Assembly (NCBI GenBank): GCA_943349825.1 | Contig: CALQZQ010000001.1 | Span: 34,157-98,156, forward strand | Direction of reading: 5' to 3' | Source: Candidatus Peribacteria bacterium | Lineage (GTDB): Bacteria; Patescibacteriota; Gracilibacteria; UBA1369; 2-02-FULL-48-14 | Length of the DNA: 64,000 nucleotides | Part shown: positions 50,963 through 61,703 of the stretch, piece by piece | How positions within the stretch are numbered: position 1 is the first letter of the stretch | Layout: the number at the start of each line of letters is the position of its first letter | The notes under the pieces: generated by a model | Told to the model about the DNA's origin: nothing | The model's input: the letters and a program-made list of their open reading frames with translations, nothing else | Databases searched by the model: none | Translations under genes and position numbers: made by a program

Positions 50963-51856
50963 ATGAAAATCGGTATTCTTTGTTTTCGCTCCTACGATTC
51001 TTACGAAGGGAAAAGTGAACGAGCGCTTCAAGAAGCTGCGAAAAATTTGGGGTACGAAGGCTTGTTGATTCAAGTCCCGCTCCTCAGCTTTGAGCCCGAT
51101 GGTGAAATTTTGTATGATGGCCAGCTTTTCCCTGCAGTGGATGGTCTGGTTTCTCGTGCGCGGGTGATCGACCAGGTGGAAAACCGACTTTTTGTACTCA
51201 AACTCCTAGAAGAAAAAGGATTTCCGATGGTGAACTCTTATGGAGCTTTGGTGGCTTCTAAAAACAAGTGGTTTGCCACTGAGCAGTTGCGAAAGGCGGG
51301 TGTAGCCACGGTGCCCACTTGGGTGGTGGAAGATGAAGCGATGGCTTTTCAGACTGCTGAAAAAATCGGCTACCCGGTGGTGGTGAAAATGTCTTATGGA
51401 ACCTATGGATTGGGAGTCGCTAAGGCGGAGAATGAAGTGGAGCTGCGAGGAATTTTAGGGCGATTTTGGAAGGCAGATTTTATTCAACCTATTTTGCTGC
51501 AACCCTTTATTGCTGAAGCGAAAGGGAAGGATCATCGAGTGTTTGTGGTGGGTGACCGAGTGGTGGCGAGCATGGAGCGCAGGGCACCTGCGGGGGATTT
51601 TAGAGCCTACTCGCCTAAGGTGGAGAACGCCTTGCCTATAGAAATTTCTGCTCAAGAAAAGGCCCTGGCCATTGCCGCCGTGGCTGCTGTGGGCTTGGAT
51701 TATGCCGGAGTGGATATCATTGAAACGGCGACTGGCCCTGCGGTGCTGGAAGTGAATGGCAACGCAGGACTCATGCGTATTTCCGGTGTGACGGGGGTGG
51801 ACGTGCCTCGCGCCCTCATTGAATTTGCCGTTTCACGCTTTCGGAAAGCCGCGTGA
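50963..51856 (+). CDS. RimK-family ATP-grasp ligase
   Basis: KNKW, YPVVVK..GTYGLGV, QPFI, DHRVFVVG, GDFRA, YAGVDI, LEVN. Confidence 0.88.
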   Translation: MKIGILCFRSYDSYEGKSERALQEAAKNLGYEGLLIQVPLLSFEPDGEILYDGQLFPAVDGLVSRARVIDQVENRLFVLKLLEEKGFPMVNSYGALVASKNKWFATEQLRKAGVATVPTWVVEDEAMAFQTAEKIGYPVVVKMSYGTYGLGVAKAENEVELRGILGRFWKADFIQPILLQPFIAEAKGKDHRVFVVGDRVVASMERRAPAGDFRAYSPKVENALPIEISAQEKALAIAAVAAVGLDYAGVDIIETATGPAVLEVNGNAGLMRISGVTGVDVPRALIEFAVSRFRKAA

Positions 51857-52901
51857 GGAGCTCGTAGGGAATAGTGCCGGCTTTGGAAGCTTGGCTCTGT
51901 ATGCTGTTTTTGTCGGCGGGATTTTTGGAGTACACGGTGACTTCGTCGCCGACGCTGGCGGTGACGCCTTTTAGCGAAATGAGGGTGTGGTTCATGCAGA
52001 CGCGGCCCAGGATGGGGCAGCTGATGCCGTTGATGTTGACCGTGCCTTTGTTGCTCAGGCTGCGTGGAATTCCTTCGTAGTAGCCCGCAGCTATGATTCC
52101 GATGACTTCGTTTTTCTTTGCAGTGTAGGTTTCGCCGTAGCTCACACTTTCCCCTTTTTGAATACTCTGGATTCCGATCAAAGTGCTGCGGAATTCCAAA
52201 GTGGGGCGGAGGGATTTTAGCTCGGGCTGGATTCCATACATTCCAATCCCAATGCGGGCCATATTGAATTCGGGACTTTTGGCTTTGAGAGCGCCCGCCG
52301 AATTGGCGATGTGCACCCACTTGGGCTTGAAGCCGGCTTTTTTCAGTGAGGCAAGCACTTTGTTGAAACGCGTGATTTGGAGTTTGGTCAGGGGACTTTT
52401 TGCGTCGTCGGCGCTGGCAAAGTGGGAGTAAATCCCCTCAATTTTCGGATTGAGTTTTTGAATGTAGGGCAAGATCTTGGGCCATTCGTTCCAAGAAAAT
52501 CCCATTCGGTTCATGCCGGTGTTGATCTTCAAATGGATGGGCAGCTTGAGTTTGCTCAGCACTTCCAAACTGTGCAGATCGTGCGCGGTGAAATGAAAGG
52601 GAAGTCCTTTGTGTAGGTTTTCCTCGAAGTTGTAGCCCAGGATCAAAATGGGGGTTTTGATGCGCGCTTTTTGGAGTTCGTAAGCTTCGTAGAGCGAATC
52701 CACGCAGAAAAAATCGCAGCCTTCGCGGTCTAGAATTTTGGCGGTGAGTGTGAGCCCATGGCCGTAGGCGTTGGATTTGAGCACGGGGCACACAGCAGTG
52801 CCGGGCAGCAGCTTCCTATATAAAGAGAGGTTGTGCTTCAAAGCGGATTCATCGATGAGAATCCGATTGAGCGTGCGGTATTTTTGCCAGGGAAGGCGCA
52901 T
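51816..52901 (-). CDS. alr: Alanine racemase
   Basis: VLKSNAYGHG, HLKINTGMNRMG, SHFASAD, ANSAG, VSYG, GRVCMN, TIPYELL; ATG at 52901 preferred because the longer start lies inside a palindromic element. Confidence 0.93.
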   Translation of the reverse strand: MRLPWQKYRTLNRILIDESALKHNLSLYRKLLPGTAVCPVLKSNAYGHGLTLTAKILDREGCDFFCVDSLYEAYELQKARIKTPILILGYNFEENLHKGLPFHFTAHDLHSLEVLSKLKLPIHLKINTGMNRMGFSWNEWPKILPYIQKLNPKIEGIYSHFASADDAKSPLTKLQITRFNKVLASLKKAGFKPKWVHIANSAGALKAKSPEFNMARIGIGMYGIQPELKSLRPTLEFRSTLIGIQSIQKGESVSYGETYTAKKNEVIGIIAAGYYEGIPRSLSNKGTVNINGISCPILGRVCMNHTLISLKGVTASVGDEVTVYSKNPADKNSIQSQASKAGTIPYELLTRLSESVKRQIQ

Positions 52902-53072
52902 TGAGGAACCTGTGAAAAAGTACATTCAGCATGTCTCAAGGGATCTTTTTTCGCAAGTCGTCGTTAATTCTCCTCGACGTATCCATCTGATACGCCTTCG
53001 TCGTCTTGCCTAGACTTGCGAAAAAATCTCTACCTTTTTCCAAAGCAGAAGTACTTTTTCACAGGTTCCTTA
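52902..53072. repeat. Single-arm palindromic element (family 2) filling the clpP-alr junction
   Basis: 20-bp IR 52904-52923/53051-53070; inner IR 52946-52959/53013-53026; tip hairpin CGTATC-CATCT-GATACG. Confidence 0.85.
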
Positions 53073-53744
53073 GCGGCTGGTCACAATCGCGTCGATGAGG
53101 CCGTATTTCTTGGCTTCTTCGGCGGTCATGAAATTGTCGCGATCCGTATCCGCTTCCACTTTGGCGAGTTTTTGCCCCGTGTGTTTGACCAAAATGCCGT
53201 TCAAGAGGTTCTTGGTGCGGATGATGTGGTCGGCGTGAATGCGGATGTCTGTGGCTTGGCCTTCTGTTCCTCCCAAAGGTTGATGAATCATGATTTCAGC
53301 GTTGGGAAGGGAGAAGCGTTTGCCTTTTTGTCCTCCAGTGCAGATGATGGCGCCCATGGAAGCAGCCATTCCCATCACCACGGTGGAAACGTCGGGTTTC
53401 ACGTATTGCATGGTGTCGTAAATGGCGAGACCCGCGGTCACGTGGCCCCCGGGGGAGTCGATGTACATGATGATGTCGCGTTTGGCATCCTCGTTTTCTA
53501 AGAAGAGCATTTGCGCGATCAAGAGCCCTGCCATATTGGATTCCACTTCGGTGAACATGAACATCACGCGATCCTTTAAGAGGCGAGAGTAAATGTCGTA
53601 GGCGCGTTCTCCTTCGTGCGATTTCTCAATCACGGTGGGAACGAGCATTCCGGTGATCTCTTTGGAGATGCCGGTGTTGTTGGATAAACCTTTAACCTGA
53701 CTTTTAAGAAGACTCGAACGAGTAAAATGAAAGAAGTTGGACAT
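53070..53744 (-). CDS. clpP: ATP-dependent Clp protease proteolytic subunit
   Basis: [35 protein letters not shown]; N-terminal propeptide or later start. Confidence 0.96.
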   Translation of the reverse strand: MSNFFHFTRSSLLKSQVKGLSNNTGISKEITGMLVPTVIEKSHEGERAYDIYSRLLKDRVMFMFTEVESNMAGLLIAQMLFLENEDAKRDIIMYIDSPGGHVTAGLAIYDTMQYVKPDVSTVVMGMAASMGAIICTGGQKGKRFSLPNAEIMIHQPLGGTEGQATDIRIHADHIIRTKNLLNGILVKHTGQKLAKVEADTDRDNFMTAEEAKKYGLIDAIVTSR

Positions 53745-53854
53745 AGGCGTGGTTAAGACTCAAAGATTTTAGCACCGATTGTTTTTGAAAGGCAGGCCGG
53801 ACGGATTGACGCAATTTTTATTTATGTTTAGACTGGACGCTCTTTATTGTGTGT

Positions 53855-54295
53855 ATGGTGGAAAGAACTGGTATTTGTTTCGGACTTCCAGAGAAAGAGA
53901 CGGCTGATCTGCAGGCTTTTATAGAAAGAAGTGAACGCACGCTGCGTTTGGCCATTTGGCCCGATTTGCGTACTTTTAAGGCTTATGGGTTGAGCCGCTA
54001 TATTGAACCCATAAGGGAAAAGGTGTCTTTGGTGGTTTTGCATAGAGATTTGGCGAGTGATCCTGTGGTGACGGGTGAATTGCCGCGTTTGTTAGAGGAG
54101 GTGGTGGCACTTTTCCCTGAAGCGCAGATCATTTTCGCGACCCATGTTCCTTTTCGGCTCGAAAGGGAGTTGGAGCGTGAGTTTCCTGAGGATCTTCCCC
54201 CTGAAGTCTTTGGTGTTTTAGCCTATGCTTCGGCTTATTCCCCAGAACATCTGCATTCCCTGGCCCTTACTTTTAAGATTGAAGACCCGGTTTAG
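53855..54295 (+). CDS. Hypothetical protein, possible degenerate receiver-like alpha/beta fold
   Basis: GICFG..SLVVLHRD..FPEAQIIFAT resembles REC beta1/beta3/beta4. Confidence 0.4.
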   Translation: MVERTGICFGLPEKETADLQAFIERSERTLRLAIWPDLRTFKAYGLSRYIEPIREKVSLVVLHRDLASDPVVTGELPRLLEEVVALFPEAQIIFATHVPFRLERELEREFPEDLPPEVFGVLAYASAYSPEHLHSLALTFKIEDPV

Positions 54296-54316
54296 ACGCT
54301 TTCCCGGAAAATCCTC

Positions 54317-54344
54317 TTGACTCTAAGACTAGGAAGGCTAAAAT
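54317..54344 (+). promoter_or_regulatory. rRNA promoter
   Basis: TTGACT-16 bp-TAAAAT; boxA-like TGACCTTTGACA downstream. Confidence 0.75.
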
Positions 54345-54536
54345 CGTCTGGCACACTTCCCTGTAAAAAGGGTTCGAGTGCTTCAATTGACCTTTGACAG
54401 TTCAGATCTAATAGAGAGTTCCCAAATTTCAGGTTTTAATCTTCGGGCAGAAACTTGTTTCTGCAACGAATGAAATCAAAATTTTTGTAACTTTTTTATC
54501 TTTTTTTAAAAGATAAGAGAGCCATCAAATTCTACT

Positions 54537-55991
<1,455 letters not shown>

Positions 55992-56130
55992 TAAGGAGTT
56001 AACAGGGCTTCGAAAGAAGCTATGTAACCATTCCTAGGTCGTCTCTGTCTTCGGACAGAGCTGGTCTGCCGCGAGGCATGACCACCCTGGAGTTTGGTCT
56101 CTCTACTAGATCTGGATTGTCATGGTCAAT

Positions 56131-56158
56131 CAAAGAAAGTCCTTTGGGGCTTTTTTTC
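56131..56158 (+). terminator. Terminator after the 16S gene
   Basis: AAAGAAAGTCC-TTTG-GGGCTTTTTTT. Confidence 0.7.
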
Positions 56159-56210
56159 GTTGTTTAAATTTACTATTTTGTATAGATTAACAATAATTTA
56201 TCGCCTCTTC

Positions 56211-56543
56211 ATGGACACGTTCAAGCAATGGCTTGCTCAAGTTGCCTCGAATCCTAATGAACTTTTGTTTGTTTTTTTAATTTTTCTTAGTATTTTTTGC
56301 TTTGTTTTGACTGGGTTGCTGATGGGCAATCCTAAACGCTTTGCCTCGTCTTTCTCTGGTGTGCCCCTTAGACATGCGATTTATAATGAGATCGCCAATA
56401 TTAAAGTTAAACCGCCAAAGAACCCTGTTCCATTGATGGTTATAGTGAATGTTCTTTTTACTTTTGGTCTTGGGCTGGGGTGTCTTATTGGGGCTTTGAT
56501 GATGAAAGGCGTTCTCATTGTTGTGTCTTTGCCACAAAATTAG
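56211..56543 (+). CDS. Small two-TM hypothetical protein
   Basis: Two hydrophobic segments; low GC. Confidence 0.5.
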   Translation: MDTFKQWLAQVASNPNELLFVFLIFLSIFCFVLTGLLMGNPKRFASSFSGVPLRHAIYNEIANIKVKPPKNPVPLMVIVNVLFTFGLGLGCLIGALMMKGVLIVVSLPQN

Positions 56544-56636
56544 CTATGTCACTCATTTTGTGTAACTTTTTTTTGCGAGCCTTGTTTAAGGGAATGACAT
56601 GCACGTCTTTCTACTAGTTTTTTAACCCCCAAAACT

Positions 56637-58076
56637 ATGTTGCTCAAACGTTTTATTACTATAGCGCTTTTACTTGCGCTTTCCAGCAGTGCAGTGATGC
56701 CGCTGGCTGCTTTTGCAGAAGATGGTGAAGATACTGCTGCCCAGGCACAAGCCGATGCTGATGCCGCCGCTGCTGCCCAGGCACAAGCCGATGCTGATGC
56801 TGCCGCTGATGCTGCCGCTGCCGCTGCTGCTGAATCTGATGTAGTAGTGGAAGTTGTTTCTGATGAGGCTCAAGACGCTGTAGATGCAGTGGCCGACTAT
56901 GCTGGAGAAAGTGAAGGTGAAGTTCAGGTGACGGAGGAAGGCACTACGGTGACTTCTGAAGAAGTGGATGAAGAGGCCTTTACTACGGAGATGCAAGAAG
57001 ATTTGGTGGCTTCAACTGAAGCTCCAGACCAATTTTTTGTGGCAGTGATGTGGGGTGCCTTTAGCGACGGTGACACCGACCTGCAAAGATCAAGTGAAGA
57101 CACATCGACCATCGCTTCCACTACTTGGGACGGAATGATCACTATAGATAATGATGCTGGTGAAGGAGTTTTCTCTCGTCCAGTGAAGACCCTTTTGTTT
57201 GAACGTGATCAGGATTCTCTGGATTTCGAAAACATGACTATCAACGAATTACCTTTTGTTTCCACCATCTACAATCATCACGATGGGGTTCTCATTAAGG
57301 TTCGAACGGATCTCGACAGTTCTGACTCAGGAAAAATCTCCTTTGAGACCGCTTTCAGCACTGATGTGACCGCTGTTTATTTGGCTGATCTTGTGGGTGC
57401 CGGCAGTGCCGAATTCACTTATGGTGACTATAAGGTGGTCATGACAGTGCTTTCCAGAGAAGACTGGATCAATGCGCAGGGCTCCGGCTCCAGCTCAACA
57501 GGTACTCGACCCACGGATGCTGAACCAGGTGCTTGGTATGAAGGGTTCATGAATTATAACTTGGCTCACAACATCATCAGTGGTTATGCGGATGCCAATG
57601 GAAGGTTCAATGGAAAAGTAGGTCCTGGGGACACTTTGACTCGTCTTCAACTCCTCAAGATTGTTTACGAAATTTCTGATAACACCTGTGACCCTAAAAC
57701 AGTAGCGCAGGATTCTTCTACGGACTGGATGGGGGACAATTGGGCACGTGGCTATGTGGAGTGTACAGAGGGGCTTGGCCTCACTTTACTGGATGATGTG
57801 ATTCAGAGTGATTTGAGCAAAGCACAGGCGCCAGCCTTTCGTTGGGAAGTAGTGGTGCTTGCTTGTGAACTGCTTGGTCTGGAATCTGCAGGAGCACCTG
57901 ACACTACTCTTTCGGATGTTGCCAACAGTGGGTTGGATCCTGTCTTCATCGACATGATCGATGAACTGGTTGACCTGGGAGTCATCTCTGGAAATCCAGA
58001 TGGCACTTTTAGACCTTACAACACTGTCAATCGAGCCGAAGCCTTTAAGATTTTGGCCCTCCTTGACGTCCTCTAA
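56637..58076 (+). CDS. Acidic S-layer-homology (SLH) domain protein
   Basis: Signal peptide; 36-nt Ala/Asp tandem repeat near 56736-56810; IISGYAD..LTRLQ and VISGNPDGTFRPYNTVNRAE. Confidence 0.85.
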   Translation: MLLKRFITIALLLALSSSAVMPLAAFAEDGEDTAAQAQADADAAAAAQAQADADAAADAAAAAAAESDVVVEVVSDEAQDAVDAVADYAGESEGEVQVTEEGTTVTSEEVDEEAFTTEMQEDLVASTEAPDQFFVAVMWGAFSDGDTDLQRSSEDTSTIASTTWDGMITIDNDAGEGVFSRPVKTLLFERDQDSLDFENMTINELPFVSTIYNHHDGVLIKVRTDLDSSDSGKISFETAFSTDVTAVYLADLVGAGSAEFTYGDYKVVMTVLSREDWINAQGSGSSSTGTRPTDAEPGAWYEGFMNYNLAHNIISGYADANGRFNGKVGPGDTLTRLQLLKIVYEISDNTCDPKTVAQDSSTDWMGDNWARGYVECTEGLGLTLLDDVIQSDLSKAQAPAFRWEVVVLACELLGLESAGAPDTTLSDVANSGLDPVFIDMIDELVDLGVISGNPDGTFRPYNTVNRAEAFKILALLDVL

Positions 58077-58096
58077 TTTACTTAAGGTTGTATACG

Positions 58097-58135
58097 TCGG
58101 GGCTGCTCCGGGGAGGGAGTGGCCCCGATTTTTTG
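58097..58135 (+). terminator. Intrinsic terminator of the SLH gene
   Basis: TCGGGGCTGCTCC...GGAGTGGCCCCGA followed by a T-tract. Confidence 0.75.
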
Positions 58136-58136
58136 T

Positions 58137-58407
58137 TAGGAGCTATCTCCACAAAATTGCTCTAGATGGAAGCACTCCATTTCTTTCAGGCTAAGGAATG
58201 ACAACGAAGGTGTGCCAGAGGCACATCAAGGAGGAATGACGCAAGAATGAATGAAATGGGAAGCTTCCCTTCGGGTTGATAAGTAAGTAGCTCATCTGCT
58301 TTGTCATTTGTCGCTCACGCACCACAGGGTGCGTCACGCTCCTCTTTCCGTGCATCTAAACTACTTACTTATCAACCATCAGAGCAATTTTGTGGAGATA
58401 GCTCCTA
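58137..58407. repeat. Two-arm palindromic element (family 2), MITE-like
   Basis: 27-bp terminal IR TAGGAGCTATCTCCACAAAATTGCTCT 58137-58163/58381-58407; arm 1 about 58168-58268; arm 2 17-bp IR 58274-58290/58361-58377. Confidence 0.88.
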
Positions 58408-59076
58408 TATGCAAAGTTGGTAGCCCAGGCAAGGAATGGTTCGGATCAAGGGGTCGGTGCGTTTCACGTAGAGTTTTTTTCTGAGTCGACTCACGGTTAC
58501 GTCCACGGTGTTGGACTCCACATAAGTGTTTTGATCCCACAAGTGATCGATGATCATGTCGCGACTGATGATTTGCCCCGGATGTTTGAGCAGTAGCTCC
58601 AGGAGAAAATATTCCTTTTTAGTGAGGACACTGGCTTGTTTCCCCACGCGCACCAGGCGCTGGCTGCGATCGAGCGTGAAGGCTCCCAGGTTGATTTGTT
58701 TGATGTTGTCCCCTGGCGGTGCTTTTTGAATCACGTCTTTCACCAACAAGGGAATTTCGTCGATGCTCAAGGTTTGATCCACTAGAATGCTTTGTCGTGC
58801 CAGGGAATGAAATTGGCGCTCTTTGAAGAGGAAAGGATCCACTTTGGTGAGAAAAATGAGAGGCAATTTGGGGCTGACATTCAACAGAAATGGCAGGAGG
58901 GCTTTCCAATCCTTTGCTTCTAAAATGTGGGGGAAGACGATGGCGTCCGTGGAAGGGCACCAGTCTTGCACGAGACTGCCTGGGGTGCAGACCAAACTTT
59001 TGATGTTTTGCCGCTGGAGGGCGCCGCGCAGTAAAGTGCTGTGGAGCAGGCGAGGGGTGATGATGAGCGTGTGCAT
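58405..59076 (-). CDS. OmpR/PhoB-type winged-helix regulator with a pseudo-receiver domain
   Basis: LTKKEYFLLELL..PGQIISR..LW..NTVDVTVSRLRKKL..IRTI..GY; acidic pocket absent. Confidence 0.85.
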   Translation of the reverse strand: MHTLIITPRLLHSTLLRGALQRQNIKSLVCTPGSLVQDWCPSTDAIVFPHILEAKDWKALLPFLLNVSPKLPLIFLTKVDPFLFKERQFHSLARQSILVDQTLSIDEIPLLVKDVIQKAPPGDNIKQINLGAFTLDRSQRLVRVGKQASVLTKKEYFLLELLLKHPGQIISRDMIIDHLWDQNTYVESNTVDVTVSRLRKKLYVKRTDPLIRTIPCLGYQLCI

Positions 59077-59277
59077 GTGGGAGGGGTGTCAGTGGATTCT
59101 AGCTTAAGATGGCAGTGGAGTTTTGCCTAGCGCGGCCGACTTTTTCCAGATCAAAATCGCGCTGTCGGAGTTCCGACGACACCCTTTTTGCTGGCAGCTG
59201 TCATCAGCTCCTGACAACAGCTGTTGCTTTACAATTTAGTCTTTTCCCCACACACTGGGCTCGATAACACTACTGCC

Positions 59278-59997
59278 ATGTGTATCGATAAGCTCTCCAA
59301 ACTCGGATTTTCCGAGAAAGAAGCTCAGGTCTATTTGATGTTGTTTAGACTGGGCCCTTCTCATGTTAGTGCACTGGCTCAGCGTTTGAATATGAAACGC
59401 GTGACTGTCTACGGCATTTTGGATATTTTGGCCGGGCGAGGGCTTGTGAATGTGGTGGATACGAATATCGGACGGCGCTATGTGCCCCAAGATCCTTCGT
59501 GTCTTTTGGAACATCTGGAAGAAGAAAGGATCATTTTGCAGCGCAAGGTGGAGATGGCGGAAGAATGTGTGCGTGAATTGGAAAATCCTTTTTTTGCCAC
59601 TATCTCTGAACTCAAACGGGTGCGTTTTCACGAAGGGTTTCAGGCTGTGAAAAAGGCTTTACTGGAGTGTTTTTTGGAATCGACTCCTTTGAACGCCTTG
59701 ATTTCTGTGGACGATTCGAGCTCTGCAGGGAGGTGTCTTGCGGAGCTTCTCTTGGAGCGCGGTAAACAAGCCCTTTCTACAATTTACCGCTCTGCGGAAG
59801 CTCAGCTTTTTTCGGAGGGATCGCTCTTGGTTCAAGAAGACACCGTGGGCTTTTTGGCTCAACGCGGTGAGTTGGAACTCATGGTGATTCGAGATCCTTT
59901 TTATGCTCAGTATGTGAAGCAGGTTTTGTTTTCGCCTTATTTCTCAAAAAAATCTGTGGGCGCCACAATTTCCAGAGCTACTCCGGTGAAAGGGTGA
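59278..59997 (+). CDS. TrmB-family transcriptional regulator
   Basis: LSKLGFSEKEAQVYL..LG...LAQRL..KRVTVYGIL..L..RGLV; VRFHEG. Confidence 0.85.
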   Translation: MCIDKLSKLGFSEKEAQVYLMLFRLGPSHVSALAQRLNMKRVTVYGILDILAGRGLVNVVDTNIGRRYVPQDPSCLLEHLEEERIILQRKVEMAEECVRELENPFFATISELKRVRFHEGFQAVKKALLECFLESTPLNALISVDDSSSAGRCLAELLLERGKQALSTIYRSAEAQLFSEGSLLVQEDTVGFLAQRGELELMVIRDPFYAQYVKQVLFSPYFSKKSVGATISRATPVKG

Positions 59998-60617
59998 ATG
60001 GCGTTCCACTTCCAAGCGTGCAAAAAGAATTCACCGTGGCCTTTGTGTTTGCGCTGATACTCGTTGTCAAAATGGCGATCGCCGTAATCTTTGTCCAGAA
60101 GTAGCGGATTGCCGATCATGGCAAGGTGCTGGCGAATTTGGTGTTTGCGGCCGGTTTCAATCTGAACTTCGAGCAGGGAGACGTTGTCCATCAATTTGAT
60201 GGTTTTGTAGTGCGTGATGGCGGGTACTTTTTTGTCCGTGGTGCGGGCTACCAGGGGAAAATCGATGGTGCCTTCGCGTTCCTTTGGAACCCATTTGACC
60301 AAGGCCAAGTAGGTTTTTTTGGTAGTGGGCTCTTTGAACATGTCCACCAGTTTTTGCCGGTCACGCGGAAACTTGCCGAAAAGAATGACTCCGGAGCTTG
60401 GACGGTCCAGACGGTGAAGGGGGTAAGGCTTGTAGCCTTTTTCTTCCCGCAGCGCCCAGTTGCGGAGCTTACCCTGTAAAGTGCGGTGTTCGGGAATGCG
60501 CGGGGCGGGCACGGTGGCGAGGCCACTAGGTTTGTTTACGGCCAAAAAATACTCGTCTTCGTAGAGGATTTCTGGATCTGCGTTTTTATTGACCGCTGAG
60601 GTCTTGGAGTTTTTCAA
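59937..60617 (-). CDS. RluA-family pseudouridine synthase
   Basis: ILYED..VNKPSGL, HRLDRPSSG, KTYLALV, TGRKHQIRQH, LHA. Confidence 0.92.
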   Translation of the reverse strand: MKNSKTSAVNKNADPEILYEDEYFLAVNKPSGLATVPAPRIPEHRTLQGKLRNWALREEKGYKPYPLHRLDRPSSGVILFGKFPRDRQKLVDMFKEPTTKKTYLALVKWVPKEREGTIDFPLVARTTDKKVPAITHYKTIKLMDNVSLLEVQIETGRKHQIRQHLAMIGNPLLLDKDYGDRHFDNEYQRKHKGHGEFFLHAWKWNAIHPFTGVALEIVAPTDFFEK

Positions 60618-61146
60618 GGGGTTTGCCGTTCAGGTTTATGATGACAGTCATTTTTCGGTCGCTGTCGATGTTGTTTTCCACGGTTCCACGAATTTGTTCC
60701 ACCATACGAGGATCGTCACATTCACCGCCGGACATCGTTTCGCCGCTGATTTCCACCTCTACAGTGCCGTCTTCAATGGTGACGCTATCCACGGTGAGGG
60801 TCGATTGGTAGAGGGCATTGTAGAGGCCGGATTCGCCTAAGAATTGGTCTTTGTTCGAGAATAGGTTCTCCAGAGCCATCTTTATGCGCTCTTTTACGCT
60901 CACGTTGCCCGTGACAGTGACCGTGGTGAGAATTTCTGAATCGCCGCAGCCCACTAGGGGACCGCTGGCTCCGTTGTCCCCCATGGCAATGTAGGCAATT
61001 TCCATACTGCTCTCTAAAGTCGGATTGGTATCCGTATCCTCTTCAGAAGCCTCGGTAGGAGTTTCGATGGGTTCTGGTATGGGCACGCCACTACAAGCGG
61101 TCAAAAGGAGACCGCTGAGTAGTAGGATGGAAAGTCGAGGATGCAT
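60586..61146 (-). CDS. Lipoprotein with a GerMN-like domain
   Basis: LLTAC lipobox; ALENL..VTIEDGTVEVEI..GG.CD...QIRGT. Confidence 0.7.
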   Translation of the reverse strand: MHPRLSILLLSGLLLTACSGVPIPEPIETPTEASEEDTDTNPTLESSMEIAYIAMGDNGASGPLVGCGDSEILTTVTVTGNVSVKERIKMALENLFSNKDQFLGESGLYNALYQSTLTVDSVTIEDGTVEVEISGETMSGGECDDPRMVEQIRGTVENNIDSDRKMTVIINLNGKPLEKLQDLSGQ

Positions 61147-61445
61147 TATTTACGTTTAGCCTTTTTGCCGGCTGGCTTCTTGGCTACGGGCATCATATCA
61201 CAAGAACAGGGGTTGCTGCTACAGTCTTTGCAAGCACTGTCCATGGTGCTGCAGCTGTCGCCGCTGCCGCAGGAATTGCCGGAGAGCATCCATTTGAGAC
61301 CGCTCACTACGAGAATGCTGGGCCAGAGGTAATTCCAGGTTTCATCAGGAACAACATCGAAACGTTGTAGGAGCACAACGGCACCAACAACAAAGGCAAC
61401 GAGACCCCACCAAAGGCGATCATCTTTTGAGCAACAGGACATCAT
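61146..61445 (-). CDS. Small two-TM protein (LiaF/DUF5668-like) with a Cys-rich tail
   Basis: WWGLV..VGAVVLL...LWPSILVVSG; 8 Cys; Lys-rich end. Confidence 0.7.
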   Translation of the reverse strand: MMSCCSKDDRLWWGLVAFVVGAVVLLQRFDVVPDETWNYLWPSILVVSGLKWMLSGNSCGSGDSCSTMDSACKDCSSNPCSCDMMPVAKKPAGKKAKRK

Positions 61446-61501
61446 AGAGGGCGTGGTTAATGTGCATCCATTATCGTCTAAAAAAAAGTTTTTGCAAGGG
61501 C

Positions 61502-61604
61502 GTGGTTCCTAAGAGAGGGTGTTCACCCGGGAGCGGGAAAGGACGGATCATGATTCGTCCTTTCCCTTCCTAGTTTATGGGTTCCACCCTCTCTTAGGAA
61601 CCAC
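61502..61604 (-). ncRNA. Single-arm structured element (family 1), candidate small RNA
   Basis: Perfect 20-bp IR 61502-61521/61585-61604 with inner hairpin; minus-strand TTGGAA-16-TAAAGT promoter-like sequence ends 4 nt from the IR. Confidence 0.55.
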
Positions 61605-61703
61605 CGAAACTTTAGGCCAATGGACTTCTGTTCCAAAGGGCGTGACCGTGGGTAAATTTTATGCTATACTTTAGTGAACAATAAAAATTAACCCCGTAAT
61701 GCT

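Noticed and set aside
52902-52925. Longer alr start MYFFTGSS
   Set aside because: This ATG lies within the inverted repeat of the palindromic element; ATG 52901 is the more plausible native start
61502-61604. SRP (4.5S) RNA
   Set aside because: Size fits, but the CAGG..GNRA..AGCA domain IV signature is missing on both strands
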